Shown: positions 13,501-25,300 of the stretch, piece after piece
Numbering within the stretch: the stretch's first letter is position 1
Layout of the letters: every line of letters starts with the position of its first letter
Assembly: GCA_000708835.1 (NCBI GenBank)
Contig: DF237323.1
Location: forward strand, 26,074-90,073
Origin: Klebsormidium nitens
Lineage: Eukaryota > Plantae > Klebsormidiophyceae
Direction of reading: 5' to 3'
Length of the DNA: 64,000 bases
Notes under the pieces: model-generated
What the model was told of the DNA's origin: nothing
Databases searched by the model: none
The model's input: only the letters and a program-made list of their open reading frames with translations
Made by a program: the position numbers and the translations under genes

Positions 13501-16500
13501 GACATGGAATCAGTTGCATCATTGCTCATAGACACAAGGTGATTGGCTGCTGGTTTAAACATTGTGCTGGGATCGCTTCCACTCTGCAAATCTCAAAGGT
13601 GCTTATACAACATTGGTAAGCTGCCAACGAGTTGATGGCTCTTTGCCCATGCAAGCTCTTCAGATCACAAGCTAGCACGTTTGAGATTCTGTAGTTCAAT
13701 AACCTCAGAAGACAAACTATTCTTTGGTGTCCTGCATGAGCTCAATCTTACTCTCGTGGTCTGCTTTACACGCTTGCACATCGAAGTTGAATGGCAGACA
13801 GGCAGTGAATTCTGGTGTCAGAACGCATGGAAGGAGAACGTGGACTCCAGTTCTCATTTGTGGACCCCCACACCACTGGTTGAAACTCTGCACGCGCAGA
13901 TCTAAATCGCCTGGTTGAATTACAGATCACCGGGTCGTTTCTTGGGCGACTGGAAAACATTTGCAAGGTTTGTATGCATGCATTTCAGCGCTCGGTGGAA
14001 ATCGAGCGGGTCGGTCAGCAATACGCTTTGAGTTACGTTACCGTGGGTTTGCTAGTTCACGCGCGTGGCAAGCCCTAGCTCAATGTCCTTGCGCGCGCAT
14101 GTTGACTGTTGTGGGGTCTCGGACTGCAAATCGCAGTCCGCGTTCTCCTTCCATCCGTTCTATCACCACCTAAAGTGGGCACAAATTCGAAGAATTCAGT
14201 GCCCACAAATGCCGGTCATCCTGATGTCGCACGGTTAGCGCCACCGTGGACCAGTGCAGTTAATATTCAGATTACCCAGATCGCTGCAAGAACGTCCCGG
14301 CCAAACTTGCTTGCGAGTCAGGCGGCGTGTCTCAGTGGAGAACGATCCTGCAAAGTGCCCAATGCTTTAGTACGCACGGGATTCATCTAAAATTGCCCGT
14401 ACGTAAGCATCCTTTCTGGCTCTTGGCAATTTCGAGGTTTTGGTCGAGCTAAGCAGGGCACATGCATCGCGCGCTTTTCAGGCTTTCTTCCGCCCAAAAG
14501 CTACACGTGTCCTCAACGCTGACAACATGGCATGGCGCCTCCGAGTCACCGGTGTATTCTTGTTCTGCTAGCATGGAGGGATCGAATCCGCTTTTGCGGA
14601 GATTGAATTTCGCAAAGTCAGGCCCCGGAAGATAGCAAGGGTACTCAGATTGGAGCGGAATTTCTTTCTGCCGTTTGCATCGACACTGGCCCTTTCACCG
14701 TCGAACATCAATTTCGTGGAACAATGAAGATCCCTGATTGAAACCGGGAGAACATGTTCTGTATTTTTAGGGCCTGTTCTGAAGATTAGAGGCCAATAAA
14801 GCAACGATGCTGAGAATTATCGCCCTTTTGTGAGCTTCAGTTCCGCTGACCTCCATTCTACGGCCATAGGAATTGAAAAGCGTCAAATGTGCTGAATCAA
14901 AAACTGACAACCACTCGGAGCAAGCTTTACGTTCGTGAAATAAAATCGTGGCTATGATGAAGGTTTAGTGGCAGGTATGTCTTGTCAAGACACCGAGGGT
15001 CTTCCTACTTCTGATCGCCGGCCGGGAGCACCTCGTAATACGCCTTTGCCGTTCCATGTACTTTCTCCTCCACCGACGAATCGAAAGTGGCACGCGAGCA
15101 ATGATGCAAACGTCTGTGTGATCCTGTATTGTCGATTGTGCGGAAACTGCACTCCCGTTCTCGTTCTTGGTCTGAGGAGCGTTATTACTTTACAACTTGC
15201 ATTTCTTTCCGGCCGGCATTCTGTCGACGTCGTCTTCTCTCTTTGACGACGTCTGGTCAGATCACAGATTATTAAGGTCCTACCTCGAACGAATCGCAGG
15301 CAGGGCCTGTGCCGTTCCTACGCGTCGCCCTATGATGAGTCGTCTTTATACTCCTTTGAGTCTCTTCACTATGTGCATCGTGGATTGTGTGTCGACTTGG
15401 CGGTATGAGCGCCTCTAAGATGATACTCTTGCTTGGGAAGGCAATGATCTTAAACGCGGTGGGCACTTCACAGACCACGTCTGAGTACGTGAGAGACGCG
15501 CGCGCCGTCTCGCTGACGCCTTCTGATTGCGATAGGACTCTCATTGCGGGCTGAGTCCAAAGTGACGTGTCCAGCACATACATACCTGACGTCTGATCTT
15601 TGGCTGAGATTGGATCTTGTCTTATGTCTATCCGAGACAAGGACATCTAGGAGTGCTCGTGATGCCAGCTGCCATTAGATAATGGCCTCGCCTCTTCAGT
15701 CATTCTCAGAGCTATACACGACCTGCCCATGCATGCATGCGCGGGCGCGCGGGCGCGCCACGTGGACCCATGTGGGCATCGGCGAACAGAAGTCTGCGGA
15801 GCCAGAATTTTAGCGGGGCACATGGAAAGGTACTCGGCAGTTTCCCCTCGGACAACTCTTGATGCATATTCATTGTCTCTGCTGGTGCTATGGATTAGCA
15901 AGATACTCCGAAGGGTCTATGAAGCTGCTATAGGGTCCCGCCGATTTTCCAATCTGCGGTTCCGCTGATCTGCAGCTTGTGTTGACTTAATGGCTACTCT
16001 GTCGGGAACGTGACCGACGAAGCATGATGATTGGGTCGCGTGGTGCTCGCACAAGTCTGTGGCGATGATAGAGCTTCGCTTACGTCTGATCAAGACAGCA
16101 AGATCTCCACCTGTCTCCTGACGGCCGGAGGCAGTTCCAATTTTACTTTTGCGTTCTGTGGATCTTTCCACGACGTACTAGGGCCTTTCGACCTCCTTGA
16201 TGTATATGAGCCCTCACGGGCCAATCTGGTTTTTACCCATCGAACTGGAAAGACACGTTGGCAGATTCTTGAGCAAGTCGCTAAAAAACGTGTACTAGAG
16301 TCTTCAAATATCGAAACGAAGCGACCCAAGTGTCTGTTTGGGTGCGTAACCTGATGATGAGAGCATCAACGTCCAAATGAAAAGACGCCGTTTGCAAGAC
16401 AGGCAGCTCCACTTAAGAAAGTTCCACTTGCGGATTGTAGTCAAATTCGTAATCTGTACCACTATCCCTAATGTGCAACTCACTCGGGCCCGCGCGTGGG

Positions 16501-18914
16501 GCTGCGCCCTGCTCTTCGAATGGCGCCCCTAAACGAGAGCAATGGCAACTATATCCCAAAATATGTGAGACTCCCAAAGGCGCATCGCATGTGTCACGGT
16601 TTGCCGGTGCGCGCGCTTGTGGAGATTCTGTTTATGCTTCGAAAAGGCGGTGATAAGGGGAGCAGACGCGGTGAGCGCGTTGGTTTCCACCCAGGTTAAC
16701 ATGACCGTCTCGCCGAAGCCTCTTGATTGTTACCTTGTTTCGTGGAGCAAGCTTTTGGTGTGAGTAGTCTGAAAACGCGGAAAAACGAAAGTGTGGCTCT
16801 ATTTGGAGTTTCGTCGTTTAGGTGAGAGTTGGAAGTCGGCATGTATCCTATTGGAGAGGTTTTCGGTTCCAGAAGAAGCAGCGGCGGTTATGATCGAGAC
16901 TCGAGTATGTCTGAGCAGAAAGATGTGGGTGTCCTGACGGCCGACAATCGCTCCAATCCTCTTTGATATCTGCAGACTTCTGACTAGACACTGTTCCCAA
17001 AGATGTGAACGTCGATCATAGTTGGATGGTTGTCGAGACTTGGACGCTGCATGATGGGGCTTCTGTAATCTACCGAGCGGGAGAGACATCAGGACAATCT
17101 TTCAAAGTACCGGCTCGGATCACGAGAATCTGCGAACCGTAGCCCTCGAAGCAATAGATTTTAGCCGGAGCTCGATGATGAGAGCGTCAATGTCCATGTT
17201 GAAGCTCGCGGCTGTTGCAATGAGAAGGACTTGGTAATTACGTACACTGTCATGAGGTTTGATACTGAGATTATTCTTCTCCACCACGTATCATTCCGCT
17301 GTAAAACCCCTTAAGGTTGGGTTACGCGCCTTCAAGTGGGCGACCTCTGGAAGAGAGCTATATGGATCGGATTATACCTGCCAGAATCCGGGCTTATGAT
17401 GGTGGTTACGGTGAAGACTCTTTGCAAAAGAAATTAACCTGGTTTCTGCGCCCGTTCCTGATATTACATCTAAGATATCAAAGAATTTTGAATTGTCCTG
17501 CGCTAGGGGGCTAAACACTGCCTTACCAGTTTGTTATGATCATCTTCAGGTTTGTTCTCTAGCGTTGATGCAACTCTCGTGAGCGCGATGTCCAACATCC
17601 TTGAACGCTTAGCTCACGCTTCTCGTCGTAGTTGCTGATGCTACACTTTATTTCGCTCTTGGTGCGAGGAGAATTTGTTCAGTTGCTGCAGGCCTATTGC
17701 ATTGGCCGTTTGCCCCTCTTGTTTTGACGACTTATCCTTGGACGAATGTGGGCCAGACTCTCAATCGGATTAGAATCCCGAGGATCAACCTAGCCCTAGT
17801 ATAAACGAGCCGCATTAATACTGTTGCACAATACATATCGTTCCTTCAACATTGTAAGAGGCTGCTCTTACAACGATCAAAAGTGCATTCCTTCTGGAGA
17901 CAATTTTGTCAGTTCGCGCTGGCGTGGCTGCTCAATTGTTGCTTAAAGATGGCGATGATTGAAAAAGCGAGCAAAAGCAGTGGGCACTTTGCAACCCAAG
18001 ATCGGGCGCAAACTTACCCTAGTCTCGCTGACGCCTTCTGATTGTTGCGATCTTTTGCTTGCTTCTGATGTGAGGAGTTCGTGGCGCGGAAGGAGTGCCA
18101 TTTGACATGCAATGCTTTGGCAAAGCGTTTTATGAATCTGAGTTGACTATTGGCATGTATCTTAGCGAAAGAATAGCGAAAGAACTTATCTTGCAATGCA
18201 AGGCGGGAAAGAGGACAAGATTTGATTTGAGACAATCATGCAAACAACAGATGGCGGCTGATCGAAGTACGTTTGATGGATAGATTTGTGCGTATCGGCG
18301 TTGGGGCGGAAACCCGGAACCGTGATCCAGACCTCCCTTACCGCAAACGTCAAGAATCCTTATTTGGATGTAAGGTGACGACAGCCGTGACGTTTCCCAA
18401 CCTCTGAATATTGCGTTCGTGCGAGGATCCACGAAGGTGTTCCAGGCGTTTTGTGAATTACCTAGAGGTCATCGACCAGATCCCCCGATTTGCACTCACT
18501 TGCAGTTTTTTGACTGCCGATTTGTCCTTGTAGAAAGCGAGTCACTTCGCTACTCCAGATGCGTCGTGACCATCGCATCAAGAAGACGAAAGGGTCTGTG
18601 CATAGTCGCATTCTGGATATGACGGAGCTCGCGCATGTCTGATCAAGACATGAAGGCCGTGGCGACATTCCTGACAACCACGAGCAGCTACGTTTCAAGG
18701 TTCTGCGGCTCAACTGGATCATCAGATTGTAAGATTAAGCTATGTTTCCTTCCTGGATTTGTCGCCAATTTTTTTGTAACGTATCTGCTGCGACGCTATG
18801 TGCTGCAAGTATGTTTAGCTGAGAAGATAAATCGGCGTGTGTACACGCCGCCTTTGTCGGCCCCTTTTAGCTCAGCCAAGAAAGCCGGGCAATGTCGTTC
18901 CCCAGTCTCACATT

Positions 18915-19097
18915 GATAAAATCCCCGGCTTCTTTCCCTGGACCTGTGTCTCCGGACTTGCGTCCCCGGTGTCCGGAAGGACGCGGAGCTAACGAAATAC
19001 CGGACATGGCCGAGTCCGGGGAGGAGGCCGGGAAAGGGGCCCTCCCCGGGCTGTGCCCGGCCTTTTCCCCGGCCCCGGGGGAAAGCCAGGTTTTCCC
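18915..19097. mobile_element. Possible small GC-rich inverted-repeat insertion
   Basis: The ends AAAATCCCCGGCTTCTTTCCCTGG and (reverse complement) AAAACCTGGCTTTCCCCCGG are similar, and the segment is GC-rich and interrupts an array unit. Confidence 0.35.
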
Positions 19098-19475
19098 TGT
19101 GTTTGATCATACTGTTTCAAATCTGCCGTTTTGTTCTTTTCTACACATTCGTGACGTAAGTGGTGTAACGTGAGCACCGTTCTGACGGGGCTTTTGTATC
19201 TATCGAGCCGGAGCGAAACCACGGCATTCCGTCTATTGACGGGTCCAATACCAAAACGGAAGTCCTCCAAGCAGATCAACTCGAAGTTAGTCCTCGAAGT
19301 AAACCAACTGTCAAGTGGGAGCTCAATGATAACAGCGCTGACGCTAAGTCAAGTTGGGCGTCGTTTGTAAATAGTTTCCGCGAATATATTCACGTTCGTG
19401 TTTTGCTTTCAGCCACAATCCCTTGGATCGTTGCAAGTACTGTGCACGTCTTGCATGTTATCTACAGCGAAGTAG

Positions 19476-19961
19476 TCAGCGATGATGCAAACCGAATTGA
19501 GCCCGGTTTGAACCTTCTATAAAGCTTGGTTCATTCTTTGACATACTGTGTGCTGATGCTACAATCATTCTCGCTTGCCTGGTCCGTTTTCGATATTTGT
19601 AACCTTAGCATCTGGACCAAGTGCTGGTTAGCCATCGTCTTTGAACGATTTCCATCTGACATACTAGTAGCGGAAGGTCAAACGGATGCTTGAACATTTT
19701 TACCAGCGCCTGATCGATCCTCCTAGGTCGTACGAATTCCATCCTTTCCCGGACGGAAAGCAAGGCGTTCCTAAGTTTTGTGCGCAGTGCATTAATTGCC
19801 GGAGTGAGGATGGGGCCGCGACCAATCACAATCTGATCTGTAGGAACCGTTGGGTCTTGGCTGATATCGGGGAGGGACTTCGAGACCCTGGAGAGGAGTG
19901 GAGAGCCAGGCAATTGCAGGCCGTTCCGGGTCACCAGAATCTGTACTTGCTCGGGGATTAG
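19476..19961 (+). pseudogene. Inverted, 5'-decayed copy of the terminal lipase-like exon
   Basis: The 3' part, EDGAATNHNLICRNRWVLADIGEGLRDPGEEWRARQLQAVPGHQNLYLLGD*, is nearly identical to paralogs B and C; the upstream part is frameshifted and lacks a recognisable AHGLG. Confidence 0.8.
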
Positions 19962-22340
19962 ACAGAGTTGATTTTCAAACAAAAACCGTGAGCGTGTCGT
20001 AGGTATGAGAGTGTCAGGCAGTCCGGATGCTCTGCAGTTCTGCTGGACATTGGAGTCTGGTAGTCCCGAATCGAAGCATTTTCATGCAGCGACCCGGGCC
20101 CAGCTCAGGATTGTGCATTTAAACGAGGTACATGAGTTGCCTAATTCATGCCAGTTCATCATGTAACAGCTAGCTGATTGAAATGTAATTAGTCTTGTCA
20201 GACTAGACTCGAATAGTGGCGCATGACCGACCAGTTCCATGCTGGCTGCAAAGTATAATCTCGCCGCTTAGTCGGATGAGCATGTGCAAACACATAGGAT
20301 CTTTTTGCATGCGTGTATTGGGAGTCAGTCTGTTTGTGAGAGGGTAAGCTGAAACATGTCATGCAGCGCCTGATCGATCTTGAATGACTACGTGCAGAGC
20401 TAGTGTGCTGAATCAGCACCTCGTCAATGCTCACGCAGATCAGTTTCAAAGATATTCAACTGAACGTCAGTTCAGCAGCTAGCTGACGATGCAATGGTGT
20501 TGAACGTGCACTGTATTGTATGTCCAAGTTGGTCCCATTGCATCATTGCCAGCCTCTTTGCGACTACGTAGTACTACCTCAGACGTGGTAACGAGTCAAA
20601 ACTTTCTGCATTGAGTTAAAGTTAAATGAATTGCGCCTGTTGATCAATACTAGTAGCCTATAGGTAGTGGAAATACAGTGGGAATGCAGCAGTCGACCAT
20701 GACAGACCATACGTCGGTGCTCCGGTAAAATAGGACGGCACGTAAGATCTTATATACATGTATGTCCATTGCAGCAGACAAGCGGCAAACCCTAATCCCG
20801 CTTTGATTCCGAGTGCTCAGCGTTACCTTGTTTCAACCACTCCATTCATGCTTGCCGCCGCACAGATTACAAGCAAGGCAAACGTAACGCAGCGGTTTTC
20901 GCAAGGCACGGTTTGAAGGCAAATCTAGGGTTTGCGGAGCGGAGCGCAACCGCGCTTATAGGAGTTTGCAATCGTAACAGTCTGGCCGGCAGTCGTCATC
21001 ACCAGGAAAACGCGCATGATGACGATGACGCAGCATGATAGCTAGGTAGGTAACGTTATATACTAATAGCTTTCGCACGCCCCTCGTTTTCTTCTTTTTC
21101 ATGGGGAGTTCTGAGATCGTGGTATCGTTTTGCCTTATTCTACCATCATTCCATTGAGAACGAGCAGCCTAGCTGGCCATTTGTTCTCGTTCTTTCGGCT
21201 CCCCTTATGGATCAGGAACTTAGTCACCGGCTAGAGGCAGATTTTTAACTTGGCGAAAGCAAGGAATTAAGGAAAGCAAAACTTTGAAATCCATGTACCA
21301 CAAATGTTCTGAAGCGAACGAGTTGCCATCAGACGGTGGACAACTGGGGTGCTCGGGGCATATCCAATTGTTTCTTCTCCTGAGGATTGATGATCCGTTG
21401 GAAGACTCTAGAATAATTACCCAAAATTTGTTGAGCTTCTAGATTGCAAATAGATGTTGTGACAATTCATCTCATCCACTAGTTCCGCAGCAGAGCACAT
21501 AGTATCTTGAAACCAGTTGCCAACCAACGGAGCCATTCATTACTGCTCATGATCACAGAAGCAGACGTTGAAGCACAAGCCTTGACAGTTAGTTCAAGCC
21601 CTACAGCAACTGTGGAATCAGGTATGCAGCAATAGATGTTGAATTTCATTTTGTTCAAGCGATTGCTGAGTGGAGGATTCTTAGCTGGGTACTGCCCTAG
21701 GAAGTTCAGACTCGCCTCTCCTACCAAGAATGCAGACAGCTTCTGAACAAACACATTTGTGGACGACGCTTGAATGAGAAAATCTTGTTCAATAAACTTG
21801 TGGAGTTCCTGAGACGTGTCTCAGCTTACGAAAGAGACTGCTTGTTGTCCCCGTAAGAACTTGATAATGGTGCTACACTTGTGTCCAGATTGTTTCCAGC
21901 TAGCCTTTCAACATGTTCTTCTGCAGATTGCTGGAGAATGGTCTCCAGTGCGACAAATGAATGAGTGTCTGCACGTCAACTGTACTGCACTCCAAGCTGG
22001 TGTTGCCAGATATCCCTTCACAAGCAGTAGCACCAGTAGTATTGGTCAGCATACCAGCTGCAATCATCCTTCTCGGTAACTTGAACGGTTCTTACTGCAG
22101 GTTCATTACATCCTTATACTGAGCTGCTGCATCACCTTAAAAAAGGCTGTCTTTCTTTTCCTACAGGTATCGAATGTCTGAGGACGCACCACCTTGGCGC
22201 GCAAAGACAGCTTGTAGAAAGAGAGATAGAGTGCATCACAAATGAGCTCAAGCTCTACGGACAGTAGATACTAGGCTGCTTGGAAGGTGTTGAAGCGTGA
22301 GCGCTTTAAATAACCTCCCAAGCGCATAGCTTATAGATAG

Positions 22341-25300
22341 ATGCTCGATAGCATCCGGGCCCGCCTAAGGCGGGCCACAGACCGGCGAAGGCAGGCCAGC
22401 CGCGCCGAGCAATTGGCCGAGTCCCCTGATCAGGCATTTCAGGGTTTAGTGGAACCTTCCCATGAGCTCAATCACACCAAGCCCGAGGGCGTTCAGACCA
22501 AGCACCAAGTGCCCGAGCTTATTCTCAACAGGCCTCAAACGGTGGACCTTGGGAGCTTGCTGCATTCGAAGGGGTTAGATGAGCCGCACATTGCTCCCCC
22601 CGGGCTGGTAGAAGCAGATGCGACAAGGCCAAAATCGAGTCAAGGGGGAATAAGGGCAAGGGTGGAGCGGCGCAAGAGTGGGGGGGATGCGGAGATGTTG
22701 GTTTTGGAGGGCAGGAAGGGGGGGGCGGCGGGGAAGCTCGTGTCAGAGTGGGAAGCAGCAGTTGAGGTGAGTGGCGGGCTTGCCACAATCGCACACTATC
22801 ATAGTTATCAAGGCCGATGTTCTTGGTATCCTCTTGAGCGAGCACATCAGGTCTAGGCAATCGGGAAGTATCAGGCCCTCATATTTTTGGCATCCGCTTA
22901 TGAGATAGAGCTCCAAACACACGACTTTGTTTGGAGCTCTAAGGCACTATGAGGCACTAACTTCAAGGCAGCTAAACTTCCTTTTTCCAGAGACATAGTG
23001 ATATGGGGTTCTCGTCTTGAGGCTGCCATGCCAGAGGCAGACGGTGTGGAAGCATCTTTTTGCGTCAAAGTAGAGTCCGAAATCTGGACGCTTTTTGAGC
23101 TGGGTCAAGGGGATTTGTTTTTCTGCAAACCTGACCACGACGCCTGTCAAAAGAGGGTGCATGGCGATGGTTGACCAGGTGCATGACATCACCAGCTGCT
23201 GTCGTGTACATAATCTCGACGAAGGTTGTCCAATCTGACGGTACCCCCTGCATGACCCAGTTGTTAGAGTGAAACCTGAGGGGCTCTTCCGAGCAGGTTT
23301 GCTGGCGATTAGTTCCCTTTCTTTCCATTCTTTGCGCACAATCAAACATCAAGGGCTCATCCTGCTCTAGCTGACTGGAGCTCATGATCTCGCTTTCCCC
23401 TTCGCAGGAGAGCCCTTTGCAAATCAGCACGATGCCTCTTCGAGAGGCGTTGACCAGCCCCCGCAACCGGCCGACCTCTTCCAAACCATCAGACAGGCGG
23501 GCGGAGTCGAGCAAGTCAAAGAAGGACACGTGTCAGCCGCAGGGCGTCCCTGCCAGACAGCCGGTCGACGATTGGGCGAACGATCGGAGAGCAAAGACGA
23601 GCCACGGAAGCAGAAGCAAATGTACCGAGGGAGATGAGTTTACAAATCCGGTCAAAAAGCGGGTTCAATCGGCGCGTCAGGTTAACCGACGGGAGGAGCG
23701 GGGTTCCGACGAGGGTCAGGAAAACCGGGGGCTTAACCCGGAGGCCCCCAGTCCGTACAAGCCCGCGCGCACGGAGAGCCGTCCATCGAGCTCCCAGTCA
23801 ACGGCCGAGAAGTCGCCCTGGAAACGCCCAGGAAATTTAAGACGGGCCTCAGTCCTTGCGCCAGCATTCGGAACCACTAACGGATTAGACGGCACGCAAG
23901 AAAAGTTCGTAGTCCGGGGAAGGGGCGGGTTAGAGGAGCGGAAAGAAGGGCGAGTTGCAAAGGGGGGCGTGGCCAAAGCGAAGGAAAAGGTTGGGGGAAC
24001 GAAAAGAGTAATGAAAGGGGCAACGAACGCAGGACGGTCTGGAGCGCAGGATATGGAGTGGCGGGAAAAGACGCCCCAGCTGGTAAGCGGAGATGCTGTG
24101 CTGGTGCAGAGTCGGATTTAGCCATATAACAATTGGAGTCTACTCATAGGTAAACCGCGTCTGCCCCGAGTCGGTAGGAGGATGCTAAGAAAGAATGTGC
24201 CTCGTGGAACTTTGCGTAAGTTAAAATGGCGGAGTGAAGTTACCTGCTTCTATGATGCATGAAACCATTGCTTGTTAGAATTTTCCGTGGGCTTATTATG
24301 AGCGCGAAGACGCCCATTTGACCCGCAAACATGATTATACAGATTTCAACAAATCAATAGCAGTCGCCATTCCTCGCCGGTTTCGGACTCCTTTCCAACG
24401 TGAGAGCGGACTGGTCGCGTCTCCAAGCCAGGTCACAATCTCTTTAATTCTCTTGGGGAAGCTCTGTTACCAGCTGGGACGCACTTGATTGTAGTCGGAG
24501 CTCATCATGCCCTCGTTAGCAAAACCCTCGATAAAATTCACCGCTTCGGTTTTTATTTGCGAGACAGCTTCCTTTTTGTGCGCGCAGGCGAAGAACCTGC
24601 TGGCGAGCAGTGGTCCCTCGCAAGATCCCCCGGCCCGCAGCCGCCGAAAGTCCGACGGAGACGAAGCCCCCAAACGGAGAGTTGCGACTCTCGTTTCGAA
24701 GCGGAGAGTGTCTCTTGATTCTGCTCCCAGCCCCAGTACCAGCAGCAGGGGAGTCGCTTCTGAGCCCCAAGGCCCCCCTGGAACCGGAGCTCCGGCCGGG
24801 GGGGTATCGGGAAACGCTTCCGCGCGGTCGAGCGATCCCCCAACTAGGGGAACCGTGGAGGAGAAAGAAAACGCTTCCTCGTCGCCGGCAAGCGGACGTG
24901 ACGTCAGCTCTGCCACCTTTGATGACGTCAGCACGAGCGTCTCATCAGGATCTCAAGGGAAAGGTCCAAAGAGCGTGGCGGGGGGCGCTTTCGTTCCGGT
25001 CAGCGGAAACCGGAAGAGCAAAGCGGGGTGCGCCCAGAAGGACGGAGCACGAGACGGCAATTCCTGTGTCTCTGGGCTGAGCGGAACAGCGGAAGCGGCA
25101 CCAGGCGGAAGATGCGGCGATCAAGCCGGACTATTGATCGGGAGGGGTTCCAACCGCCCCTCGACGCCGTCTCCCTTCGCAATCGTCAGCAAGAAGGAAG
25201 ACGACGCAGCACGCAAAGCGGGAACCGTTGGAGTGGCACGGAGCCTGTTCCGGCCTTCGGATGAGGGCGGAAAGGTCCAAACGGACGAGTCCGGCTCCGG

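Larger units (their letters stand above)
1..19961 (+). repeat. Degenerate tandem array (about 12 units) of lipase-like gene fragments
   Basis: The motif GCTATGATGGAGCTTCGCGCATGTCTGA(C/T)CAAGAC...CCTGACGGCC recurs near 1250, 3415, 7315, 9400, 10528, 11350, 12880, 14950, 16065, 16905 and 18617, with a possible copy near 4340. Companion motifs recur in the same order (CTGATGCCA; G-box pair; GATGATGAGAGCGTC; CAGCAATGATGCA; GGGCACTTC...TGACGCCTT). The translation resembles the first lipase exon of A-C (VIG...G...SD). Confidence 0.75.

Noticed and set aside
18833-18850. Perfect hairpin CGGCGTGT-GT-ACACGCCG as a Helitron 3' end
   Set aside because: No CTRR terminus follows at the expected distance, and no TC 5' end could be defined.
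353-19400. Dozens of 60-200 aa ORFs in the left array (for example 2199..2672, 6322..6918, 7136..7510)
   Set aside because: They have no recognisable domains, and homologous units differ in frame and stops, so they are chance ORFs over decayed repeats.
21480-23530. LINE reverse-transcriptase or endonuclease-like fragments on the - strand (GPDA.., QLGVQ, GLELTVKAC)
   Set aside because: Core YADD and QGxxLS motifs are absent, and the + strand shows clear splice signals and protein-like exons.
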